From: Actinomycetota bacterium
GTDB lineage: Bacteria; Actinomycetota; UBA4738; CALAEC01
NCBI GenBank assembly: GCA_036001425.1
Contig: DASYUI010000038.1
Span: 8,139 to 72,138 of the forward strand
DNA length: 64,000 bases
Direction: 5' to 3'
This document shows, piece after piece, positions 37,959 to 47,000 of the stretch. The position numbers were made by a program, and so were the translations under genes. Positions within the stretch are counted from its first letter, which is position 1. Each line of letters opens with the position of its first letter. The notes under the pieces are model-generated. The model saw only the letters and a program-made list of their open reading frames with translations, did no database searches and was not told where the DNA came from.

Positions 37959-38795
37959 GTGCGCAATCGGAGGTTGTGGGCTCGGGTGGCGGCCATCACG
38001 ACGATGCTGCTCGTCGCCGCGTCGTGCCGGGAGGAGGCACCGGCACCGAGTGGGACCCAAGAGGGCCCGGCCTTCCAGACGCTTCAGGAGGGAACCCTCC
38101 AGGTCGGGTCGTGCCTCGACTACAAGCCGTTCGAGTTCATCGAGGGCGGCGTCGAGAAGGGCTTCGACGTCGACCTGAGCAAGGCCATCGCCCAGGAGCT
38201 GGGACTCGAGGTGGAGTGGAAGCGGGCCGACTTCGACACCATCTTCACCGCCGTAGCGGCCAACCAGTTCGACATGGTCGCCGCTGCCTCGACGATCACC
38301 GAGGAGCGCGACCAGGTGGTCGACTTCTCCGACCCGTACTACAACGCCCGCCAGTCCCTCGCGGTGAATACACAGGAGACGCCGGACGTCACCTCCACCG
38401 ACGCCATCGGGGATGGAGACGTGATCGGGGTGCAGAAGGGGACCACGGGGCGGGACTGGGCCAAGGAGAACCTCGAGCCTCAAGGAGCCCAGATCAAGAC
38501 CTACACGTCGATCACGGATGCCTTCCGTGACCTGGAGGCGGGAAGGCTCACCGGGATCGTCAACGACGAGCCCTCCTCCCAGGAGATCGTGAAGGACTTG
38601 ACGGGCGTGGAGGTCGTGGAGGCCATCGACACTGGCGAGCACTACGGCCTGGCGTTCTCGCCAGACAACCCGGAGCTGCGGGAGGCGGTGAACGGAGCAC
38701 TCGCGACGCTGATCGAGGACGGCAGGTACGCGGAGATCTTCGGGCAGTACTTCCCCGGCGTGGAAGTGCCGCCGGAGTTCCAGCCGACGTCCTAG
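37959..38795 (+). CDS. Polar amino acid ABC transporter substrate-binding lipoprotein (family 3 SBP)
   Basis: GTG 37959 after GGGAAGGAGGGGGG. Signal peptide ending LLVAASC. SBP_bac_3-like motifs (GFDVDL, FDMVAAASTIT, VQKGTTG). Track start 37884 also possible. Confidence 0.85.
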   Translation: MRNRRLWARVAAITTMLLVAASCREEAPAPSGTQEGPAFQTLQEGTLQVGSCLDYKPFEFIEGGVEKGFDVDLSKAIAQELGLEVEWKRADFDTIFTAVAANQFDMVAAASTITEERDQVVDFSDPYYNARQSLAVNTQETPDVTSTDAIGDGDVIGVQKGTTGRDWAKENLEPQGAQIKTYTSITDAFRDLEAGRLTGIVNDEPSSQEIVKDLTGVEVVEAIDTGEHYGLAFSPDNPELREAVNGALATLIEDGRYAEIFGQYFPGVEVPPEFQPTS

Positions 38796-38817
38796 CCGTC
38801 CGGGACCGGTAGCGCGC

Positions 38818-38850
38818 GGGCCCGCGCCGGGGTTTCCTCGGCGCGGGCCC
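38818..38850 (+). terminator. 12-bp stem-loop (GGGCCCGCGCCG-N9-CGGCGCGGGCCC) after the second binding-protein gene
   Basis: Read directly. Same placement as the hairpin after livK. Confidence 0.45.
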
Positions 38851-38873
38851 AACGCTCCGCGAGGGATGGAGCC

Positions 38874-39950
38874 ATGGACGTCGCTGAGGAAGGACGCCGC
38901 CAGCGGTTGGCCGCCTGGGCGCGCAAGGGCGTGGAGGTGCCTTCCGCTGCAGGGACCCTGGTTGCAGGGGCCCTGGCCCTCGGGCTGGTCATCCTGGGCC
39001 CGCTGGCGGTCATCACCGCACACGGCTTCATCCCCTACGAGCGGATCGTCGACGGCATCTTCTCCGGGGCGACGCTCACGGTGGTGATGGCCGGGATCGC
39101 CGCCGGCGCCGGGGCCGCGGCGGTGGGTTTCGCGATCTTCGGCCGGATGCCGACCAAGCGCGCCCGCGAGCAGACCATCGCTGGCGCGGTCCTGGGGATC
39201 CAGGCGGCCATCCTCGGCAGCGTGTTCCTGGTGTTCCGGACGGCGGGGGACCCGGAGCGGTTCGCCTTCCATTTCCTCAACTTCGAGAAGTTGGAGGGCT
39301 ACGGAGGAGCTTTCGTCAACGGCGCTAAGAACACCATCTTCCTGGCGTTCATCGGGGAAGCGGGCGGAGTCATCCTCGGGCTGATCCTGGCCATCCTGGT
39401 GCTCTCCAAGCGGCGAGTGGTTCGGGCTCCGGCGCGGACGTACATCAACTTCTTCCGGGGAACCCCCCTGATCTGGCAGCTGTCGGTTTTCTACTTCGGC
39501 CTGGCGCTGGGCTTCCGGCTTCCCCTGTCAACGTTTCAGACCGCGATGCTGGTGTTCGCCCTGAACACCGGGGCATACGCGGCGGAGGTCTTCCGAGCCG
39601 GCATCCAGTCGATCGAACGGGGTCAGATGGAGGCAGCTCGCTCGCTGGGGATGAGCTACCTCCAGTCGATGCGGTTCGCCATCGTCCCACAGGCCGTTCG
39701 GCGCGTGATCCCCCCGCTCATGAACGAGTTCGTCATCCTCATCAAGGACACGTCACTCATCATCGTGCTGGGGCTGGCGGAGTCGGAGTTCGACCTGTTC
39801 ACGCTGGCCCGCACCGGCTACGCGGAGACCTTCAACGCCACGTTCTTCGTCGCAGCCGCCGTGGGCTACCTGGTGGTCACCCTTCCGCTCATCCGTCTGG
39901 TCAACATGGTGGAGCGGCGCCTCCGCAGCGGATTGGTGAGCGTGGTATGA
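38874..39950 (+). CDS. Polar amino acid (His/Glu/Gln/Arg/opine family) ABC transporter permease, N-terminally extended
   Basis: Core [11 protein letters not shown] and permease C-terminal half. About 130-aa extra N-terminal TM region. Confidence 0.85.
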   Translation: MDVAEEGRRQRLAAWARKGVEVPSAAGTLVAGALALGLVILGPLAVITAHGFIPYERIVDGIFSGATLTVVMAGIAAGAGAAAVGFAIFGRMPTKRAREQTIAGAVLGIQAAILGSVFLVFRTAGDPERFAFHFLNFEKLEGYGGAFVNGAKNTIFLAFIGEAGGVILGLILAILVLSKRRVVRAPARTYINFFRGTPLIWQLSVFYFGLALGFRLPLSTFQTAMLVFALNTGAYAAEVFRAGIQSIERGQMEAARSLGMSYLQSMRFAIVPQAVRRVIPPLMNEFVILIKDTSLIIVLGLAESEFDLFTLARTGYAETFNATFFVAAAVGYLVVTLPLIRLVNMVERRLRSGLVSVV

Positions 39951-40684
39951 GCCCCGAGCCGATCGTCCGCCTGGAGGGCATCCACAAGTGGTTCGGGACC
40001 CTCCACGTGCTCCGGGGCGTCGACCTCGAGGTACTGCCCAAGGAGGTTCTGGTGGTGATCGGGCCCTCGGGCTCCGGAAAATCCACCCTGCTGCGAACCA
40101 TCAACATGCTGGAGGAGCCCACCGAGGGGAAGGTCTGGTTCGAGGAGAAGGAGCTCACCGACGTCCGCACCAACCTCGACGAGGCGCGGACGCACATCGG
40201 CATGGTGTTCCAGTCCTTCAACCTGTTCCCCCACATGACCGCCGTCCGGAACATCACTGTTGCCCTGGAGAGGGTCCTGAAGCTCTCGGACGGCGAGGCC
40301 CAGGAGCGGGCTCGCCGCGAGCTCCGGCACGTCGGCCTGGAGCACAAGGCCGATGAGTATCCGTCGAGGCTGTCGGGAGGGCAGCAGCAACGGGTGGCGA
40401 TCGCCCGGGCCCTGGCCATGCGGCCCCAGGTCATGCTGTTCGACGAGGTGACGTCGGCCCTGGATCCCGAGCTCATCCAAGAGGTCCTGGACGTGATGAA
40501 GGCCCTCGCAGAGGAGGGCATGACCATGGTGGTGGTGACCCACGAGATGGGGTTCGCCCGGGAGGTAGGCACCCGCCTCATCTTCATCGACGGGGGGATG
40601 ATCTTGGAGGAGGGCAAGCCCAGGACCGTTTTCAAAGACCCCAAGGAAGACCGGACCAAGCAGTTCCTCGCTCGAATCCTGTGA
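39947..40684 (+). CDS. Polar amino acid ABC transporter ATP-binding protein (GlnQ-like)
   Basis: Walker [25 protein letters not shown], Walker [12 protein letters not shown]. 4-nt overlap with the permease gene. Confidence 0.9.
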   Translation: MSPEPIVRLEGIHKWFGTLHVLRGVDLEVLPKEVLVVIGPSGSGKSTLLRTINMLEEPTEGKVWFEEKELTDVRTNLDEARTHIGMVFQSFNLFPHMTAVRNITVALERVLKLSDGEAQERARRELRHVGLEHKADEYPSRLSGGQQQRVAIARALAMRPQVMLFDEVTSALDPELIQEVLDVMKALAEEGMTMVVVTHEMGFAREVGTRLIFIDGGMILEEGKPRTVFKDPKEDRTKQFLARIL

Positions 40685-41097
40685 TGCGGGTTCGTCGAGG
40701 CCGCCTGGCCCGGGGACGGTGCGCCCAGATGACGGCGGCCCTCCTCGTGCTCGTCTCCGCTGCGTGCGGAGGGCGTGGGGGCGGGAACGGATCTACGCCC
40801 AGCCTCCTCCAGGACCCCAGCCGCCCCTACGTCGTGACCGCAGTCGACAACCACTTCCACGACGCGCACCCCTCGGAGCCGCTCAGCCTGGACCGGTCGC
40901 TGGTGTTCAAGAACGCGGGACGCAACCTCCACAACGTGACTATCATCGGGACCACGCTGACTCGAGACCTCGAACCGGGCGAGGGCTTCACCATCCCGTC
41001 GATCGGTTCAGTGGTGGACGGCCCGGGGCGGTACCGGTTGATCTGCAAGTATCACGCCGACCTTGGGATGAGCGGGGATCTCGTGGTGGTGGAGTAG
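40681..41097 (+). CDS. Cupredoxin-like (type 1 copper) lipoprotein
   Basis: Basic signal peptide with lipobox LVSAAC. Ligand pattern NLHNV ... [10 protein letters not shown] (H ... C-x2-H-x4-M). GTGATG start overlaps the ATPase stop. Confidence 0.7.
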   Translation: MMRVRRGRLARGRCAQMTAALLVLVSAACGGRGGGNGSTPSLLQDPSRPYVVTAVDNHFHDAHPSEPLSLDRSLVFKNAGRNLHNVTIIGTTLTRDLEPGEGFTIPSIGSVVDGPGRYRLICKYHADLGMSGDLVVVE

Positions 41098-41363
41098 GGT
41101 CCGAGATTGAAGACGGACCCGAGGGGCCTTTGGAGCCGCTCACGCCTTCCCCAAACGCGAGCGTTATCTACTCGGTCCCTCGGGTCCGTCAAAAGTTGGT
41201 CCCGAGCAACTTTCCTGACCGTCGAGGCCAGATGGTCCGGGCTGGGTCCGGGAGCCGAGGCTCTCGATCCTTGCTCGGAGCCTTCCGGCTCCTCGCCGGT
41301 CCCTACGGCCGCTCGGGACCGAGCGAACGTTAGCAAGGGCCCCTTCGAGCTGTCAACAACGCC

Positions 41364-41388
41364 GAAATCGTTGCGGGGCAACGATTTC
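41364..41388. terminator. Perfect 11-bp hairpin GAAATCGTTGC-GGG-GCAACGATTTC in a convergent spacer
   Basis: Read directly. No U-tract on either strand. About 75 nt downstream of the DUF554 gene stop. Confidence 0.4.
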
Positions 41389-41466
41389 TACGCAACGGCG
41401 CAGGTAGGCCACGGTCATGAGTCCGCGAAAAAAGCGAGCGGTCCCAGGGAAAAGTGTGACAAAGAG

Positions 41467-42207
41467 TCACCCCAACCCCCGCACGAGGGCGAACGCCACG
41501 GGTGCCAGCACGAGCGCGGGGAGGAGGTTGGCCACCCGGACCTTACGAAGCTCCAGGAGCCGAAGCCCGATCCCCAAGATCATGACGCCGCCGACCGCGG
41601 TCATCGCGTCGACGAGCACGTCCCCCTCCGGTCCCGTGAACACTCCGGCAACTGACGCGGCTGCCAGTGTCAGGCCACCCTGATAGATGAGGATCGTCAG
41701 CGCCGAGAACCCGACCCCCCAGCCAAGGGCCGAGGCGAACGCCAGGGCCGCGAAGCCGTCCAGCAACGCCTTGATAGCAAGGAGTCGGTAGTCGCCCCGG
41801 AGCCCGTCCTGGATGGAGCCGAGGATGGTCAGCGGGCCTACACAGAACACGAGCGACGCGACCACGAAACCCTCGGTGAAGCGAGACTGGCCCCGGCCGA
41901 ACCGCCGGCGCAGCGCGTCCCCGAACCGGGTCAGCCCACGCTCGATACCCAGCAGCTCCCCGAGGATACCGCCCACCAGGACGCTGCCCATCACCAGCAG
42001 GACGCTGGCTCGGGGCGCGGCCTCGGTCAGGGGCGGGCGGAACGCGTGGAGCCCCGCATCCACCCCGACGAGGAGGGTCACCAGACCGAGGGAGTGGATG
42101 ACCGTCTCCCGGATACGCTCGGGCAGCCGCCCCCCGAGCACGGTTCCCAGGAGGGTCCCGGTCAGCACCGTGACCACGTTGATGAGCGTTCCGATGGGAA
42201 GCGGCAC
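41467..42207 (-). CDS. DUF554 (YqgA-like) membrane protein
   Basis: N-terminus MPLPIGTLINVVTVLTGTLLGTVLGGRLPERIRE and a polytopic profile typical of DUF554. Confidence 0.72.
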   Translation of the reverse strand: MPLPIGTLINVVTVLTGTLLGTVLGGRLPERIRETVIHSLGLVTLLVGVDAGLHAFRPPLTEAAPRASVLLVMGSVLVGGILGELLGIERGLTRFGDALRRRFGRGQSRFTEGFVVASLVFCVGPLTILGSIQDGLRGDYRLLAIKALLDGFAALAFASALGWGVGFSALTILIYQGGLTLAAASVAGVFTGPEGDVLVDAMTAVGGVMILGIGLRLLELRKVRVANLLPALVLAPVAFALVRGLG

Positions 42208-42279
42208 GGCGGCGAGTGTACCGGCTCGCGTGCTGCCGTCCGGGACAGCGTCAGGGATAGAGGGAGGACGGTCCGGAGC

Positions 42280-43140
42280 TCAGGTCCGGGAGCGGTCCAC
42301 GGGATGCCCGGCGTCCGGGGCACGTCCGGGTGCGGGCGGTCGAACGGGCCGGAAGAAGAGGACGCCGGTGACAGCGAGATACGCGAGCCAGCCTCCGAAC
42401 TCGAGCCACGTGGGCTGGCTCCGCAGGCCCACCACAATCCGGTTGACGGCACCCATGATCGACGCGATCACTCCGGCGGGAGCCAGGAGCCCGGTACCGT
42501 CGAGGAACCGGAACGCGCCAACCTCCAGCAGCTCGTGCGTCCCGTAGACGAGCAGGCTGGCAGCCACCACGAGGATCAGGATCCCGGTCAGCCGGAAGAA
42601 AGTCCGGAGGTTCAGCCGGATCCCTCCCCGGTAGAAGAGGAGGCCGAGCACCCCCGCCGCCACGAGCCCCAGGAGCGCTCCGGTGAGCCGGAGCATCGCG
42701 GGGGTGGCCGAGCCGGCCCGGGAGGCGCTGAACAGGAACAGGACGGTCTCCAGGCCTTCCCGCACGACCACCAGGAAGCTCACGGCCACCAGGGCCAGGT
42801 TCGAGCCCGACGCCAGGGCCAGGTCGACCTTCTCCTGCAGCTCTCCCTTGATACGCGCGGCGTTTCGGCGCATCCAGAAGATCATCCACGTGAGGACCCC
42901 GACGGCGAGATAGCTGGCCACGCCCTCGAACACCTCCGCCGCCGTGTGCGAGAGGCCTCCGGAGACGGCGAAAATGATCGCACCGGCGAGGAGGCTCAGA
43001 GCGGCCGCCGCACCGGCACCCGCCCAAACCAGCGTGAACCGATCGGGTCGACCGACCGATCGCAGGTAGGCGAGGATGATGGCCAGGATGAGGGCCACTT
43101 CCATGCCCTCTCGCAGCGTGATCAGGAACGCGGCGCCCAT
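42280..43140 (-). CDS. FTR1/EfeU family high-affinity iron permease
   Basis: Two REXXE motifs (REGME near the N-terminus, REGLE mid-protein) in a 7-TM-like protein. Confidence 0.8.
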   Translation of the reverse strand: MGAAFLITLREGMEVALILAIILAYLRSVGRPDRFTLVWAGAGAAAALSLLAGAIIFAVSGGLSHTAAEVFEGVASYLAVGVLTWMIFWMRRNAARIKGELQEKVDLALASGSNLALVAVSFLVVVREGLETVLFLFSASRAGSATPAMLRLTGALLGLVAAGVLGLLFYRGGIRLNLRTFFRLTGILILVVAASLLVYGTHELLEVGAFRFLDGTGLLAPAGVIASIMGAVNRIVVGLRSQPTWLEFGGWLAYLAVTGVLFFRPVRPPAPGRAPDAGHPVDRSRT

Positions 43141-43213
43141 CGCTGTCGAAATACTATCGACGAGGTCGGATTTACGTCAAAGATGAGGCCGTGGGGGGAG
43201 ACACACGCGTCGG

Positions 43214-43247
43214 TCACCGCGATGGCGTGAGTCTACAATCGCGGTGA
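43214..43247. promoter_or_regulatory. 10-bp perfect inverted repeat TCACCGCGAT-N14-ATCGCGGTGA overlapping a TACAAT box upstream of polA
   Basis: Arms at 43214-43223 and 43238-43247. TACAAT at 43234-43239. polA ATG at 43257. Confidence 0.35.
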
Positions 43248-43256
43248 ACCCCAACC

Positions 43257-45935
43257 ATGCCGAGCACCAAGGCGCCTGAGCGCAAGCGGATCTTCCTCCT
43301 CGACGGGCACAGCCTGTCCTTCCGGGCCTTCTTCGCCTTACCCACCACGCTCGCCACCACGACCGGCCAGGTGACCAACGCCGTCTACGGATTCACCTCC
43401 ATGCTCATCAAGCTGCTGGGCGAGGAGCGCCCGGACCTCATCGCGGTGGCCTTCGACAAGGGAGCGCCGACGGTGCGGCTGGAGAAGTACGCCGACTACA
43501 AGGCCCAGCGGACGGAGGCTCCCGACGAGTTCCGCCAGCAGCTCCCGTTGATCCGGGAGGTGCTGGAGACGCTGCGGGTCCCCATCGTGGAGATCGAGGG
43601 GCACGAGGCCGACGACGCGATCGCCACGCTCGCCGTCCGGGCCGCGAGCCGGGGAATGGAGGCGGTGGTGGTCACAGCCGACCGGGATTTCTTCCAGCTG
43701 GTCGGCGACGGCATCCGGGTGATGTTCAATCGGAAGGGGATCTCCGACATCGTGATGTACGACCGGGAGGCCATCGAGAACCGTTTCGGCCTGCCCCCCG
43801 AGAAGTACCTGGACTACGTGGCCCTCAAGGGTGACCCGTCCGACAACATCCCGGGCGTCCCCGGGGTGGGGGAGAAGACGGCGTCGCGTCTCGTCCAGCA
43901 GTACGGCAGCGTCGAGGACGTGGTGACCCACGCCGCCGAGCTCCCCCCGAAGCTGCGGGCGGGGATCCAGACCGCGGCGGACCAGCTGGCCGTGAACAAG
44001 GACCTGGCGCGCCTGGAGACCGACCTCGAGCTGCCCCTCGACCCCGATGACTGCGTGATGGGGGAGTGGGACCCCGACGCGGTCAGGCGCCTGTTCAACT
44101 CGCTGGAGTTCCGGAGCCTCCTGGAGCGCCTGGAGGAGATCGGGGTCACCAAGCCGCAGGTCGAGGCGGCCGAGCTGGAGCTGGAGCTGGCCGGGGAGCG
44201 CGATCTCGAAGTCTTGCTGTCCGGTAAGGCCCCCCATGCGACATCCCTCGTCTGCGAGGGGACCCGTGCGGTCGGGCTCGCGGTGTCTCCCGGCGGGGGT
44301 CAGTCCGCGTACCTGCCGCTCGACGGGCGGCTCCCGGAGGCCGCGAGCCAGTGGCTGGCCGACCCGGGAAGGCCCAAGTGGGTCCACGACGCCAAGGAGC
44401 TCCAGGCCGCCGCGCTTCGCCTGGGGGTGGACGTCGAGGGGGTGGCCTTCGACACCCTGCTGGCGGGATACCTCTTGGAGCCGGGGGAGGCCGCGTATCC
44501 CCTGTCGGAGCTCACCCGCCGGTACCTGGGCACCGACCTGATGACCGGGGAGCCGGACGAGGGCAACGGGGCGGGGCAGGCTCAGCTCGCCATCGATGGG
44601 ACCGAGAAGGAAGCGGAGGCGTGGCGCGGGGCGGCCACCGAGGCCGCGGCCGTCGCCCTGCTCGCTCCGGTGCTCCACGACCACGTGCAGCGGGCCGGCG
44701 TTCGGCGCCTGCTGGAGGAGGTCGAGCTTCCGCTGGCCTCGGTGCTGGCCCGGATGCAGGCGGCGGGCGTGGCCCTCGACGTCGACTACCTCCGCCAAAT
44801 GTCGGAGGAGGTCGGCGATCGCATGCGTGCCCTGGAGGCCGAGATCTACACGCACGCGGGAGAGGAGTTCAACATCGGCTCTCCCCAGCAACTCGGTGTC
44901 ATCCTCTACGAGAAGCTCCGCCTGCCGATCCTCAAGCGGACGATGAAGGGCCGGGCCCCGTCTACCGAGGCCGACGTCCTCGAGAAGCTCCGCGACCACC
45001 ATCCGATCGTCGACGCGCTCATCAAGTTCCGGGAGCTGGCCAAGCTGAAGTCCACGTACCTCGATGCGCTGCCCCCCCTGGTGAGCCCGGAGGACGGACG
45101 GCTTCACACCACCTTCAACCAGGTAGCCGCGGCTACCGGACGGCTGTCGTCCGTCAATCCGAACCTCCAAAACATCCCGGTCCGGGGCGAGCTCGGGCGA
45201 CAGATCCGCAAGGCGTTCATCCCCGGATCGTCCGACCGCCTCCTGCTCGTCGCCGACTACTCGCAGATCGAGCTCCGGGTGCTCGCCCATCTCTCGGGCG
45301 ACGAGGGACTGGCGGAGGCGTTCGCTTCCGACCAAGACATCCACGCCGTCACAGCGGCCAAGGTCTACCGACTCCCCATCGAGCAGGTGGATCCGGAGAT
45401 GCGGCGCTTCGCCAAGATGGTGAACTACGGGCTGGCCTACGGCATGAACGCGTACGGCCTCGCGCAGCGCCTGGGGATCCCGCCCGACGAGGCCCAGGCC
45501 TTCATCGACGCGTACTTCGCCGGCTTCCCTCGCGTTCGCGAGTTCCTCGAGCGCCAGGTCGGCATGGCCGCCGCGGAGGGATTCACCGCCACCATCCTGG
45601 GCCGCCGGCGGTACCTCCCTGAGCTCCAACACCCCAACCCCCGGATCCGGGACCTCGGACGCCGGATGGCTCTCAACGCACCGATCCAGGGCTCGGCCGC
45701 CGACATCCTCAAGCTGGCCATGATCCGGGTGGGGACGGCGGTGGAGGAACTGCCGGCCGAGGTGCTCCTCACCGTCCACGACGAGCTCGTCCTCGAGGTT
45801 GATGGGGGTGAGGTCGAGCGGGTGGCGGCCGCGGTCCGCTCCGAGATGGGGCATGCCTACGAGATGACCGTGCCGCTCAGGGTGGACGTGGGCTGGGGGA
45901 AGGACTGGGCAGTGGCCGCCCCCGCCGGCCACTGA
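43257..45935 (+). CDS. polA: DNA polymerase I
   Basis: 5'-nuclease N-terminus, polymerase motifs DYSQIELRVLAH, RRFAKMVNYGLAYG and VHDELVLE. 892 aa. Confidence 0.95.
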   Translation: MPSTKAPERKRIFLLDGHSLSFRAFFALPTTLATTTGQVTNAVYGFTSMLIKLLGEERPDLIAVAFDKGAPTVRLEKYADYKAQRTEAPDEFRQQLPLIREVLETLRVPIVEIEGHEADDAIATLAVRAASRGMEAVVVTADRDFFQLVGDGIRVMFNRKGISDIVMYDREAIENRFGLPPEKYLDYVALKGDPSDNIPGVPGVGEKTASRLVQQYGSVEDVVTHAAELPPKLRAGIQTAADQLAVNKDLARLETDLELPLDPDDCVMGEWDPDAVRRLFNSLEFRSLLERLEEIGVTKPQVEAAELELELAGERDLEVLLSGKAPHATSLVCEGTRAVGLAVSPGGGQSAYLPLDGRLPEAASQWLADPGRPKWVHDAKELQAAALRLGVDVEGVAFDTLLAGYLLEPGEAAYPLSELTRRYLGTDLMTGEPDEGNGAGQAQLAIDGTEKEAEAWRGAATEAAAVALLAPVLHDHVQRAGVRRLLEEVELPLASVLARMQAAGVALDVDYLRQMSEEVGDRMRALEAEIYTHAGEEFNIGSPQQLGVILYEKLRLPILKRTMKGRAPSTEADVLEKLRDHHPIVDALIKFRELAKLKSTYLDALPPLVSPEDGRLHTTFNQVAAATGRLSSVNPNLQNIPVRGELGRQIRKAFIPGSSDRLLLVADYSQIELRVLAHLSGDEGLAEAFASDQDIHAVTAAKVYRLPIEQVDPEMRRFAKMVNYGLAYGMNAYGLAQRLGIPPDEAQAFIDAYFAGFPRVREFLERQVGMAAAEGFTATILGRRRYLPELQHPNPRIRDLGRRMALNAPIQGSAADILKLAMIRVGTAVEELPAEVLLTVHDELVLEVDGGEVERVAAAVRSEMGHAYEMTVPLRVDVGWGKDWAVAAPAGH

Positions 45936-45936
45936 A

Positions 45937-45970
45937 GCCAGTCGCGGAGATTCGAATCAGCCGGACTGGC
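45937..45970. terminator. Inverted repeat GCCAGTC...GACTGGC enclosing the palindrome GATTCGAATC, between convergent polA and the PKS gene
   Basis: Read directly. Contains the PKS stop codon. Loop is long, so weak as a terminator. Confidence 0.25.
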
Positions 45971-47000
45971 GCAGGAGCGCCGCCGACAGGGTGAGTCCCG
46001 GCCCGAAGGTCAGACAGACCACGTGATCGCCGTCGCTGAGCCCTCTGCCCCTTGCGATCCGTTCCAGCACGAGCAGGACGGTGGCCGACGAGCAGTTCCC
46101 CCGATCCCGGAGGACCTCGGTGGACTCCGCGAGGTCCTCGTCCGAGAGCTTCAGCCGATCGGCCACCACGTCCAGGACCCTCGGTCCTCCCGGGTGGACG
46201 GCCCAGGCCGCCACGTCCTGGGGCATGAGCCCGTGGCTCGCCAGTAGCTTGCCCACGACCGCCTCGACGTGTCCTCCCAGGGCCCTGGGCAGATCGGGAG
46301 AGAGCCCCATGCGGAACCCCTTCTCTGTCAGATCCCACGTCATCAAGGAACCAAGGGATGGGTCGGTTCTGGAGCCGACGGCGAGGAACGACAGCCCCCG
46401 CCCCTCGGGGACCACGGCCGCCGCCGCTGCGGCGTCGGCGAACAGGGCGTTCGCCGTGACCTGGGCGAGATCGTCGGTGGGAGGTTGCAGGTGCAGGCTG
46501 CAGAGCTCGACGCAGGCGACCACGCACACCAGCCCACGAGCCGCTGACGTGTCGGCCACCGCCGCCAGGGCCGGCACCGCGGCATGGCAACCCATGTGTC
46601 CGACCAGCAGGCGGTGCACGTCCTCTCCGATCCCGAGGTCGCGGGCCACGAGGACGTCGATGCCCGGGGCCGTGTAGCCGGTGCACGTCACCAGCGCCAG
46701 GAGGCCGACCTGGCTGGGTTCCAGGGCGGACTCGCGGAGGCAGTCCCGCACCGCCTCTCGGGCCAGGGGAAGGCCGTCCTCGCGGAACCGCCGCATCCGA
46801 GCCTCCGTGCCCCAGTCGCTGACGTCCTCGCCCGGGGGGATGGCCACGCCGTGCCGGGTCCGAACCCCCGAGCGACGCCAGATCAGTCCAGCGCCACGAC
46901 TACCTCGATGGTGCCGCTCGAAGAACTCCTCCCACAGCCGGTCCTGAGACACGCCTCGCGGAAAGGCCGATCCCAGGCCGGCCACCGCGGCGGCTACCAC
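45957..47000 (-). CDS. Type III polyketide synthase (chalcone/stilbene synthase family)
   Basis: Cys-His-Asn triad contexts HMGCHAAVPAL, VHPGGPRV and GNCSSATV. Start set to GTG 47000 (7-nt overlap with the upstream gene). Track start 47453 is an over-extension. Confidence 0.8.
   Translation of the reverse strand: MVAAAVAGLGSAFPRGVSQDRLWEEFFERHHRGSRGAGLIWRRSGVRTRHGVAIPPGEDVSDWGTEARMRRFREDGLPLAREAVRDCLRESALEPSQVGLLALVTCTGYTAPGIDVLVARDLGIGEDVHRLLVGHMGCHAAVPALAAVADTSAARGLVCVVACVELCSLHLQPPTDDLAQVTANALFADAAAAAAVVPEGRGLSFLAVGSRTDPSLGSLMTWDLTEKGFRMGLSPDLPRALGGHVEAVVGKLLASHGLMPQDVAAWAVHPGGPRVLDVVADRLKLSDEDLAESTEVLRDRGNCSSATVLLVLERIARGRGLSDGDHVVCLTFGPGLTLSAALLRQSG

Noticed and set aside
41107-41655. 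182-aa plus-strand ORF and 109-aa minus-strand ORF (41052-41381) in the long convergent spacer
   Set aside because: No motifs and atypical composition. The plus-strand ORF continues antisense into the DUF554 gene. The region is better explained as structured non-coding DNA.
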